From Octopus vulgaris (Eukaryota): a stretch of DNA of 64,000 nt. The DNA lies in assembly GCA_951406725.2 (NCBI GenBank), contig OX597817.1, forward strand, positions 17,794,001 through 17,858,000, read 5' to 3'. Shown piece after piece: positions 25,464-36,325 of the stretch. Both the position numbers and the translations under genes were made by a program. Position 1 is the stretch's first letter, and each line of letters begins with the position of its first letter. The notes beneath the pieces were generated by a model. The model was not told the DNA's origin and made no database searches. It was given only the letters and a program-made list of their open reading frames with translations.

Positions 25464-27007
25464 CCGTAAAAACCCATGTAATTTGTGCACCTGTGTAATT
25501 TATGCAGGTGATTTTCAGGATAAAAATTATTAAAATAAGCTTCTACTCATGTAAAATTTGCACCCAAGATTTCAGAATTGGCGATATGGCCAGGGGGCAA
25601 AGGTTTTCAATTTAGTTGTATTTTGCATAATTTCACTTACTCACGATTAGATTTTATTAAATTTTCATTAGATAAAAATGATTTCTGTTCAATAGGTATC
25701 ACATTGAAAGCTATTAAATTACGAAATGTTTGTGTTGTTTATAACAAACTTTATTTCACATTTCTTGCCCACAAGAGATTATGTCAGATCTTTAGCATAC
25801 TTCTATATGTCTTCTCAAATCACAATCACAGAAAAAGTTGTTGATAATATAATAATATAAGCTGATAAGTATGCACAAGTGTTGCAAAATAAGTTTAATT
25901 ACCAATAAACATCAGCTTGGATGACACTTTACTCAACCGACAGAGGAAGATGACTGATCAAACTGATTATGTAAACAGAATTCTAATTGGTCGAAAGTGT
26001 CTTCTTGTCACAAGCTCTGATTTTCTGCCTATTCCTGTCGGAACCTTTGATACAGAGTATTGAAATTTTAATCCTTTTTATACTTATAAAATGTCAAACA
26101 AACTTTAAAATTAGTCATTACTGTCTTAGTTGGGAGACCAAACTGATAGTTTGGTAACCCACTAAAATAAACATTAAAAATCGAAAGGAGAAAATAAACA
26201 GCTTTGCAAGTTTAACTCATTGTTTATTGAACAAGAGAGGTGCAAAATTTAAGAAGCGACTTGTTAGAATATACATGTCTGTGAGGAGACATAAACAAGA
26301 ATAGCAAAAATCTACTATACCAAAAGAACTGGTAATACATACATTAAAAGTGTTCTATGCAGAGAACATAAGATTGCTGCATAATTCAACATGAATGTGA
26401 ACTGGCATTAAACATAGTATAAGGTAACTGAAGGTTTCTGTAGGAACACTAAGTCATATTCACTTAGTGAGTTTATAAGTGCAAGGATGAATTATATGAT
26501 GTTTTCGTTGGTGTTAAATGCAGTAAGAACTGGTAGCGGCAATGTTAGCAGTGATGATTTTCATTGTTCTAACGCGGAGAAAGCGAGGAATAGCTTCTTG
26601 GAGGCAAATGTAAGCTAGACTTCTTAAGCAGAGAAAAACTGATCTATTTAAGGAAACTGTTGGGCTCCATTGCGATAGGTACAAACTCGTGATTACCAGC
26701 ATGGACGTCAAACTTCAAAAAGTAATTAACCATTTAATGGTTTAAGTAAATTTGTACAGAAAAAGTAAGCATTATACTGTCCAGCATAAATAAAAGTCAA
26801 CTTCATTATTATATTTTTTCTGTAAAAACCTATTCTGACATTAAATGAGTCTATTTCCTGTACGAATGTTTATGTATTGCACGTCATTTTTCAACAAAAA
26901 AATTTCTGAAAACATTCTGGAAAAGATCTCATGTAATTTATGCCCCCGCTAAAGTTTATTTTTGTTTTTGCGAAAACAAAGTGTGTAAATTACATGGGTT
27001 TTTACGG
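25464..27007. mobile_element. Non-autonomous Tc1/mariner-superfamily (pogo/Tc2-like) element, ~1.54 kb
   Basis: TA|CCGTAAAAACCCATGTAATTT...AAATTACATGGGTTTTTACGG|TA: perfect 21-bp TIR with TA TSD. Subterminal CATGTAATTTATGC repeats. No transposase ORF recognised. Confidence 0.88.
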
Positions 27008-27237
27008 TAACTGAAAACTAAACTTCTTAATCACACAAACCCATACTTGTGTTATAAATAAATATGCAATCTCTTTGTTAACAAAATTCATGTCTATGCA
27101 TGTTTTCAGTATTTATTTCAGATATCTGTCATTGTTTTTTATGTTGAATGACACCTCAAATATCCTTTCCTGGTTGCTTAAGTGGCTGTTTAAAAATATC
27201 ATATGAAATTGAAAATACAAATAAATAATTCACATAA

Positions 27238-27270
<33 letters not shown>

Positions 27271-27345
27271 CACACAGACATAAACAAACAAAATAGTGTA
27301 CTAAAATAAATTTTTTGATACAGTGTAATTGAAAACTTATGCTAT

Positions 27346-27752
27346 AGGAGTGGCTGTGTGGTAAGTAGCTTGCTAACCAACCACATAGTTCCGGGTTCAG
27401 TCCCACTGCGTGGCATCTTGGGCAAGTGTCTTCTGCTATAGCCCCAGGCCGACCAATGCCTTGTGAGTGGATTTGGTAGACGGAAACTGAAAGAAGCCTG
27501 TCGTATATATGTATATATATATATATGTGTGTGTGTGTGGGTTTGTGTGTCTGTGTTTGTCCCCCTAGCATTGCTTGACAACTGATGCTGGTGTGTTTAC
27601 GTCCCCGTCACTTAGCGGTTCGGCAAAAGAGACCGATAGAATAAGTACTGGGCTTACAAAGAATAAGTCCCAGGGTCGATCTGATCGACTAAAGGCGGCG
27701 CTCCAGCATGGCCGCAGTCAAATGACTGAAACAAGTAAAAGAGTAAAAGAGT
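27346..27752 (+). mobile_element. SINE family A copy
   Basis: Match to 1043-1446. Confidence 0.9.
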
Positions 27753-28204
27753 ATAATTATTGACTTTAGCTTTAGTTACTATCTTCATTTCAATTAGTAA
27801 AATACACTGAAGCAAGATAAAGATACAGTGTGTGTGAAATAATAAGAGATAGAGGGCTCCATCCATTCTTTACAGCATATTTATTTCTATGTTAAGCATG
27901 TTCTGGACAATTACATTTTTGAAATGTTGTTTTACAAGTAAGGGACTTTTTTATACGACAGGTCTTTAAATGTAGTGAGCAACCATAATGTCAATAAAGA
28001 ACATAAACATCTTAGTAGCAGCAGTGACAAGTAAAGTGACGGGATGTCAATATTCACATTTAAAGACCCGGCAAGACTAGTGAGGCCATAACCCGTGGCC
28101 CCTACCTGGGACGTAGTCAGTCCACCTGTGCATACCTTCCTTCTTGTGACACTTGTGAAGACCTGTTGAGGCAAGTGAAAACCAAAAACCAAATCAAAAT
28201 AGAT

Positions 28205-28750
28205 GAACATCAATGGAATTTGTATCTTTGTGGTATCAGTGCCGGTGGCACATAAGAAAACCATCCGAACATGGCCGTAGCCAGTACCGCATCGACTGGC
28301 GTCCGTGCTGTGGGCACGTAACAAACACCATCCGATCGTGGCCGTTCGCCAGCCTCGTCTGGCACCTGTGTCGGTGGCACATAAAAAACACCATCCGAGC
28401 GTGGCCGTCTGCCAGCCTCGTCTGGCACCTGTGTCGGTGGCACATAAAAAACACCATCCGAGTGTGGCCGTTCGCCAGCCTCGTCTGGCACCTGTGTCGG
28501 TGGCACATAAAAAACACCATCCGAGCGTGGCCGTTCGCCAGCCTCGTCTGGCACCTGTGTCGGTGGCACATAAAATCACCCACTACACTCTCGGAGTGGT
28601 TGGCGTTAGGAAGGGCATCCAGCTGTAGAAACACTGCCAGATCTGACTGGCCTGGTGCAGCCTTCGGGCTCCCCAGACCCCAGTTGAACCGTCCAACCCA
28701 TGCTAGCATGGAAAGCGGACGTTAAACGATGATGATGATGATGATGATGA
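28205..28750 (+). mobile_element. Family C retroelement with a tandem array of 63-bp monomers
   Basis: CACCATCCGA recurs at 28326, 28389, 28452 and 28515 (period 63), followed by the body and a (GAT)n tail. Confidence 0.92.
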
Positions 28751-29249
28751 TTCACACATACACACACAAACCCATATGGAGCCTGTTGAAGATGGAAACC
28801 AAAAACAACTAGGAACGAAGTGGTAAAGATAGAGCTAAAACTCCTTAGGGAGATGAAGAACAGTATTGACTGGCAGCACAGTGTAGAAGACTTGCTTGCC
28901 CACTGGCCAGGCCAAGATGGATGCTAAAATTGTTATGTATATTTGTATATATACAGGTATGTATTGCTAAGCATGTGTGTGTGCCTGTACATATGCATGT
29001 ATGTATATATATCATCATCATTTAATGTCTGCTTTCCATGCTGGCATGGGTTAAACAGTTCGACTGGAACTGGTCAGCCAGAGGGTGGGCTGCACCAGGT
29101 TCCAATCTGATTTGACATGCTTCCTACAGCTTGATGCCTTTCCTAATGCCTATATATATATATATACACACATTTCTTTTTTCTTATATATATATATATA
29201 TATATAACAATAATAAATCTCTAAGCGAGGTATAAACAGTAACTGTCTG

Positions 29250-29393
29250 TAATATAAATGGACCAGCCATCTGAATGTGGCTAGGGACAGCTGGTGGTGG
29301 GGGAAGTTACTGATAGCATTTAGCATAGAAGTCGCCTGGGGCTAAATCATCAGTAACACCCCCCCACCCCGCCCTGTCCCTAGCCACCCCGCT

Positions 29394-29430
<37 letters not shown>

Positions 29431-29520
29431 GACTATAGACAGTCGCCTGGGGCTAAATGCATCAGTAACACCCCCACCACCCCGCCCTGTCCCTAGCCAC
29501 ATTCAGATGGTGGTCCCGCT

Positions 29521-29527
<7 letters not shown>
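29250..29527. repeat. GC-rich fold-back (palindromic MITE-like) element with a duplicated right arm, set in (TA)n
   Basis: Left arm CCATCTGAATGTGGCTAGGGACAG...GTTACTGAT.GCATTTAGC is complementary to GCTAAATGCATCAGTAAC...CTGTCCCTAGCCACATTCAGATGG. Central hairpin GGCGACT-ATAGAC-AGTCGCC. Confidence 0.8.
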
Positions 29528-29557
<30 letters not shown>

Positions 29558-30316
29558 AAACTGTCATATGTCTAAATTTGGCCAAATGCATTTTTTTCAA
29601 TATTCACTTTTGCTTGCAATAGCCGGTTCTTTTGGTCAAACTATCGTATCTCCAGCTGTTTCAGATGCTGAGGTATCAAAAATTTTCAAAGTGTAGCAAA
29701 AATGGTTTTGCTATGGAAAGGTGAAACTTTTTCATTTTCTGAAAAAGCAACGTCTTAAACTTGCAACACTTTTGCATAATAGCAACGATATATATCATCA
29801 TCATCATCATTCATCGTCTGTTTTCCATGCTGGCATAGGTTGGGTGGTTTGACCAGAGCTGCACCATCCAGTCTGATCTGGCATGGTTTTTATGGTTGGG
29901 TGCCATTCCTAACATCAACCACTTTACAGCGTGTGCCGGGCAATGTCTTTGATAGCATCTTACCCCTTGAACATCTATATCATTTGTATGAGAAAGTGTA
30001 CATGTTTTGAGAGAAAAATTGGGTATAAGAGGCATCACATATAGTGCAAGAAAGAAGACTGTGCTGGTATGGTCACATGCTGCATAAAATGCCAACCTCT
30101 AAATATGGAGGGAAACTGTGGAATGTTGTTACACATAAACTGACCCTCACCCAACATTCCATTCTCCATTACCACTCATCACTTGACTCCACCCACCCAT
30201 CTTGTAACCTAAGTATAGGTGACCATATTGGACCATTTGTGCCTACTTCACTCTACCTCTGCCCTTCCCAGCTATATGGTTTGTCATCACCTTACATCAC
30301 AGAGTAACATGAGAAT

Positions 30317-30612
30317 GGAGGCACATGGCCTAGTGGTTAGAGCAGTGGACTCATGATCGAGGGATTGTGGGTTTGAATCTCAGACCGGGTGATGTATGTG
30401 TTTATGAGTGAAACACCTAAACTCCACGCAGCTCCGGCAGAAGGTAATGGTAAACTTCTGCTGACTCTTTCTCCACAACTTTCTCTCACTCTTTCCTCCT
30501 GCATCAAGCAGTTCACCTGCAATGGACTGGCATCCTGTCCAGGTGGGGAACCTATATATCAACGAAACCGGCCCTTATGAGTCAGGCATGGCTCAAGAAG
30601 GAACAAACAATA
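30317..30612 (+). mobile_element. tRNA-derived SINE family D (V-domain-like segment)
   Basis: A box TGGCCTAGTGG, B-box-like GGTTTGAATCT, segment ATGGACTGGCATCCTGTCCAGG, AAC-rich tail. Confidence 0.75.
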
Positions 30613-30804
30613 ACATGGGAATGATGATAGTATACTCCTGTTTCTTTTCTCTCACACATCCTCAGCCTCTGTCATCTCTCCATCTCTTGGATCACATAGA
30701 TTTCTGTGAATACTACAAGATAGTATTTAAGAGTAATACAACACTTTCCAAATATCTCCTTCGGGTACTAACCCCGAGATTCCGAGTTCAATTCCAGGCA
30801 GTGA

Positions 30805-30841
<37 letters not shown>

Positions 30842-30865
30842 AACTCAGGTTTGAAATTTCCCCAA

Positions 30866-30911
30866 GACACCTGATGAAGGCTGGCGAGTATATCAGCTGA
30901 AACGTTATGTT
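30866..30911 (+). ncRNA. Minimal type I hammerhead ribozyme-like motif (Penelope-type), slightly degenerate
   Basis: GACAC-CTGATGA-A-GGCTG-(loop)-CAGCT-GAAA-CGTT-ATGTT. Core boxes present, 5-bp stem II, palindromic AACGTT in place of stem III, stem I with one mismatch. Confidence 0.6.
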
Positions 30912-32292
30912 AACAACAAACAAGATGAGAACAAATATCTGTCAAATGTAAATCATTACCATACCAATATTTAGTTTTTCAGTGAAAAATGCACACATAC
31001 ATTTGTGAAATATATTCCAAATTTACATACTCTAACCACCAATGATATAATTAAATATGACATATCAAACCTACAAATAAAACTACCATGTTTTTTTGAT
31101 GTAATTGTCCACCAGATAAAAGTATGAGGATGAATTTGCTGATGATGCTTTTAGCATGATGGTAAATTTAGCAATGATGAAAATGCAGGCAAAATAATAG
31201 AAGACATAGTCTTCTGTTAGTATATAATGATTGATTCACACACATGTACTAAATTAATGCAGAGAAAAGATTTCTGTGGCTGATTTATGTAACCCAGTGT
31301 TTCTAACTGGTTTGCTTATACATATGCACTGCACAAAGCTTCTATGACTGGAAAATCCCACAAACAATTAATATATGACTTTGATGATTTTGCTTTTTAT
31401 GAGTGGCTGTATGTATATGTGTGTGTGTATACATACATATATATATATATATATAAAAATGGTGTTCTCTCGAGTTTGAGAAAGATGGTTCTGCAATTTC
31501 TTACTAATCAACCTACACAAGTGATTTGTTTATAGTTTCTGCTGCACATAACCTCTCACTCTCCTCATCATATTGACATTGCCTGTACAGGTATACAGGG
31601 TACCACAAGTCAGATGTCAAAGTGAGCAACATGAAATGACGTGTTTCACTCAAAAACACAATGCACTACTAGGCCTAAGAATGAAACCCACAATCTTGTG
31701 AATGTGAATGCAACACTGTAACAGCTAGGTCACACATGCACACACACACAGGTACAGAAATGACCTATACTATTTAGCATTCATGTCACCCACAAAAGTA
31801 TCAATAAACCATGTAAAGTAAAATAGCTCCAATGAAGAATCAAAAGCATTATATCTTATAACTCTCATAGTTTATTCTTATACAATTCTTACACTTGATT
31901 TACTGGTTCTTTCCCACCAAGAAATTAAAAAATGTTTTTTAAAGACAGTGTACACTTAATTATACCATTGTTTTATAAATATATTTTATTAATAACAAAG
32001 AGATTAAAGGCAAAGTTGACCTCAGAATAATTTGAACACTGGATCCTAAGATACTACGCAAGCCAGGTAGATTCTTTCTCAAAAGTTATAAATATTTTCA
32101 TAAGATGTTTTTTCATTTTTCTTTTTTTAATGAAATCCTTCAAACTCCTGCCTAACTTTCATCTAGCACGAATAGAATGGATTTTAAAACATTTCAATAT
32201 TTACATGTTAGAGAAATTACTTTCAAAACTGGATATTCTTCATTTTGTCAACCACTGACTTGTGATTAAGAGTGGTAACTATTTTTACTTAA

Positions 32293-32511
32293 CCCTTTAG
32301 TGTTCAGATTATTCTATCAAACATAAGGCTTATTGATTCCCATTGATTTGAATTAATCATGCATTATCTCATATCTTCAAGATCTTGATGGTGTAATTAC
32401 TTAATGTAGAATAACATTGTAGGATAGGTGTGAGAGCCTGGATCTGGTCAGTTTGAACATAAAACAGATTAAATATTTTGGCCGGATATGGCCGGTTTAA
32501 ATACTAAAGGG
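32293..32511. mobile_element. piggyBac-type MITE family 2
   Basis: TTAA|CCCTTTAG...CTAAAGGG|TTAA. Reverse complement of 5837-6055. Confidence 0.9.
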
Positions 32512-32527
32512 TTAAACAAATGTGAAT

Positions 32528-32770
32528 TCATCATCATCATCATCATTGTTTAACATCCATTCTCCATGCTAGCATGGGTTGGACGGTTCGACCGGGGATC
32601 TGGGAAGCCAGAAGGCTGCGCCAGGCTCCAGTCTGATCTGGCAGTGTTTCTACAGCTGGATGCCCTTCCTAACGCCAACCACTCCGCGAGTGTAGTGGGT
32701 GCTTTTTACGTGCCACCTGCACAGGTGCCAGAGGGGTCTGGCATCGGCCACGATCAGTTGGTGCTTTTTT
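32528..32770 (-). mobile_element. Family C retroelement copy
   Basis: (ATC)n followed by the reverse complement of the body and one monomer. Confidence 0.87.
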
Positions 32771-33344
32771 CTAATATCAAAACAGAATACATATTTTCCT
32801 AACAAGGCTACTTGTTTGTAGCTGAAGAACACATTTGATTGACTTAAGAAGGGCACTGGAAATATAAAAAGTAAAATCAGGCTCAGTACTTTACTGTCTT
32901 GGCTATCTTTGCCACCTTTACTTTAAACAAATTACTATCAATACTAGTTTCACCAATCTTTTCCATACTATCAACAACTAAATTGGTTACCATTACATAC
33001 TATTAGCTTGGATTTTTTTTCAGTAGATCAACCAATAAAAATATATGATCATTCAAATAATACTAAAAGTTTTTTTCAGAAGAAGGTAATTAAGCAGTGT
33101 TTGTCACTAAAACAGGTGTTTTTTTATGAAATGAAATAAAAGCAAAATGTTGTAAAAAATTTACCGTCAATGTGAGAGGCTGTAAAAGTTCTATAAGATT
33201 TCAGTCATACATCGATAATTTACATATAAGCTACTTGACAACTTTCAGTTAAGAGTTCAAATTATTTCCTGGTTAACTATGAAAGTGCTTACTTCTGAAG
33301 GATTAACCCCATTTCTTTCACTTGACTTAATAATTATAACAATA

Positions 33345-33597
33345 TCATCATCATCATCGTTTAACGTCCGTTTTCCGCGCCAGCATGGGTTGGATGGTTC
33401 GACCGGGGTCTGGGAAGCCAGGGGCTGCACCAGGCTCCAGTCTGATCTGGCAGAGTTTCTACAGCTGGATGCCCTTCCTAACGCCAACCACTCCGCGAGT
33501 GTAGTGGATGCTTTTTATGTGCCACCTGCACAGGTGCCAGGGGGGTCTGGCATCGGCCACGATCGGTTGGAGCTTTTAACGTGCCACCGGCACGGAA
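33345..33597 (-). mobile_element. Family C retroelement copy
   Basis: Same structure as 32528-32770. Confidence 0.87.
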
Positions 33598-34469
33598 GGA
33601 ACCTGCTTAAATTTTTTCAAAGTTTTGGCAAATGTGAGATTAGCAAGAGTTCTACAATAATGAATCCATTGGAAGAACCAACCACACACATGAAAATTTT
33701 TTTAAAATCTAAAGAGTGGCAACCAGTAATGTAAACATCAAATGTGTTCGTCCTGTTCAAATTACATTTCAAATTCATTAATCATTCCTAGTTGTCTATT
33801 CTGACTTGGACTAATTTAAAAGAAAACTAATAATATATATCTAAATTTAGTAGTACTTATCAAAAATGTATAATTTCTCATCAGATATCCATACTAAAAG
33901 CAAAAGTGACCTTAGTAAAATAGATTCTATATTTGTTAGCTATGTAAATGTTCTATATTTTCACAACCTCAAACAAAAATAGTAACAAAATCTTAAATTA
34001 ATAACCTGAAATATATGTTCAAGAAGATTAACAATTTGATTTAAACAAAATCTAAATTTAACATAGTTTAAGACTCCTTTTTATAGCATGGTAATAATGA
34101 TTATAGATAAATACATTGAAGTTATAGATTTTTTCTTATGATTAGAATATGCAAATAATAATTTTATCTCAGAAGTTGAAAAATAAGTCATACAAAAATT
34201 TTGGAGTAATGTGCTCTAATCATATGGAAATCTTGTGAGAAATAAGAAAGTGTGAAGACAGTGTGTCATTTGTGTATCTCTATCTAAGACAATAAAAGTA
34301 ATAGCTATCTTTTGTATTTGTATGTGCTTAAGTTTCTTGATCAAACAACACTAACAATGAGGCATAAAACAGCTTATGTTAGAAAGTTTGTCTATAAATG
34401 AAGTTATTTTTGAAATCAGCATGATTGGGGGAATAAGGTAGAGTATTAAATTTAATTCCAATATATGAC

Positions 34470-36325
34470 ATATCATCATCATCGTTTAATGTCCACTCTC
34501 CATACTGGCATGGAGTGGACGGTTAGACACAGAGCTGGCTAGCAGGGAGTTGTGCAGACTCCAACTGCCTGTTGTGATATGGTTTCTACAGCCGAATGCT
34601 CCTCCGAACACCTGTATGTGTGGAAGACAGTGATTTTACTTAGCTTGACATGTCTAAAGTACAGCAAACCGCCACATCTCCCAGTCCCTTGTCATTTCCT
34701 CAGTGAGGCTCAGCATCTAAAAGATCCTTTCTCACCACTTTATCCCACATCTTCCTGGGTCCACTCCTTCCACAGGTACCTTCCACAATTAGAGCTCAGC
34801 ACTTCTTTATGCAGTTGTACTCACCCATACACAGCACAGTCTTCTCTCTTGCACACAACACCTGATACCTCTTATACACAGTTTTCCTTTTAAATCATTT
34901 ACACTTTGTTGTGTATGCTCACTGACATTACCCATCCAGCGAAGCATGCTAACTTCATTTCTTTGAAGCCTTTGCAAGTCCTCTGTAGTCAAAGCCCATG
35001 TTTCACTGCTATGTAACACAGTCAGCCTTTCACTGAGGGAGAGGCCCTTAGTTACCACCAAAGGTAGAGGCTCTCTGAACTTCACCCAGCCCATTCTTAT
35101 CTTAGTAACTACACTTTCAGAATTCCTTCCCCCACTAACTCGATCCCCTAGGTAACAGTTATCTACTACTGCTAATGATCCATCTGGGCATTTGAGGGAG
35201 CCTATTGTCTGTGTATTTTTGGTGCTTATTGTACCTGTACATTTGCCACATACAAAGACTATATTCTCCATTAACCTTCCTGTGATACCGCTGCACATTT
35301 TGTGTCCAAAGCTTGCACTGGGTACAATGTATCGAGTTTCTACCAACACCCTTCTTACATATCAAGCAGGGCCATCTCCCAGAAAGGACTTGTGATTTGT
35401 CAGTTTTCTTACTTACTAAGATTTTGGCTTTTGCTAAATTAACCTTAAAGCTCTAAGATTCCAGACCTTGTTTCCACACCTGAAATTTCTTCTCTAGGTT
35501 AGGTAGTGATTCAGCTATAAGAACAAGGTCATCAGTATAGAGGAGCTCCCAGAGACAACCGGTCTTGAATTTCTCTGTTAAGGCCTGGAGGACTAGGATA
35601 AACAGGAGGTGGCTGAGAACTGAACCTTGGTGGACTCCTGTCTGTACATGGCTTGTACTGCTCTCACCAACCACTCATCTATCCCTAACTACCACATTGA
35701 CCACTAGATAAGGGAGCAGGGGACTCTGTCAAAGGCTTTCTCCATGTCGGCAAAAGCCAAGTACAGAGTTTATTTTTGGCTTAATATTTCTCCTGCGGTT
35801 GCCTTACCAGGAATATAGCATCAGTTGTGCTCCTGCCTGGCACAAATCCGAACTGCATCTCATCTACACTAACTCTCTTCCTGATTAATTGAGCTATGAC
35901 CATTTCTTTGACTTCCATCATCTGGTCCAGCATTTAATGCCTTTGTAATTATTTCTGCCTTTGTAGCAGTTGACTAGAAATGCAGCAACACCAATCATTG
36001 GGTATGACTCCCTCATGGACAATCTGATTAACCATACAGGTGACTAGGCTATATCCTACTCTGCCAGATATTTTAAGCATCTCAGTGGTGATTCCTGATG
36101 GGCCAGGAGCTTTCTCTATTTTCATATCCTTAATTGCATTATCTAGCAAGCTACTGTTGATTCAGATAGCTGGCCCCTCATTTGGGTCAATGTTTGGCAG
36201 ACTCTCCACCTACCATTTATTCTCCACATTTAGCAGCCTCTCATAATGGCATTTCCAAGCCTCTTTCTTTGCAAAATCATTAAATGAAATTGAACCATCA
36301 TCCATGCGGACACATTTTTCTCCTC
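34470..36325 (-). mobile_element. 5'-truncated decayed RTE-clade LINE
   Basis: ORF fragments KAPGPSGITTEMLK, TGVHQGSVLSHLLFILVL, ELLYTDDLVL, LHSSETWALT...MLRWMGNV, ending in a (GAT)n-type tail. Confidence 0.9.

Noticed and set aside
28326-28576. Regular 63-bp array resembling a CRISPR array
   Set aside because: The units are contiguous with no unique spacers, there are no cas genes, and the context is a eukaryotic retroelement.
27932-28725. Long overlapping ORFs (107-215 aa) with 21-aa repeats
   Set aside because: They result from a stop-poor 63-bp (multiple of 3) repeat that is open in several frames on both strands.
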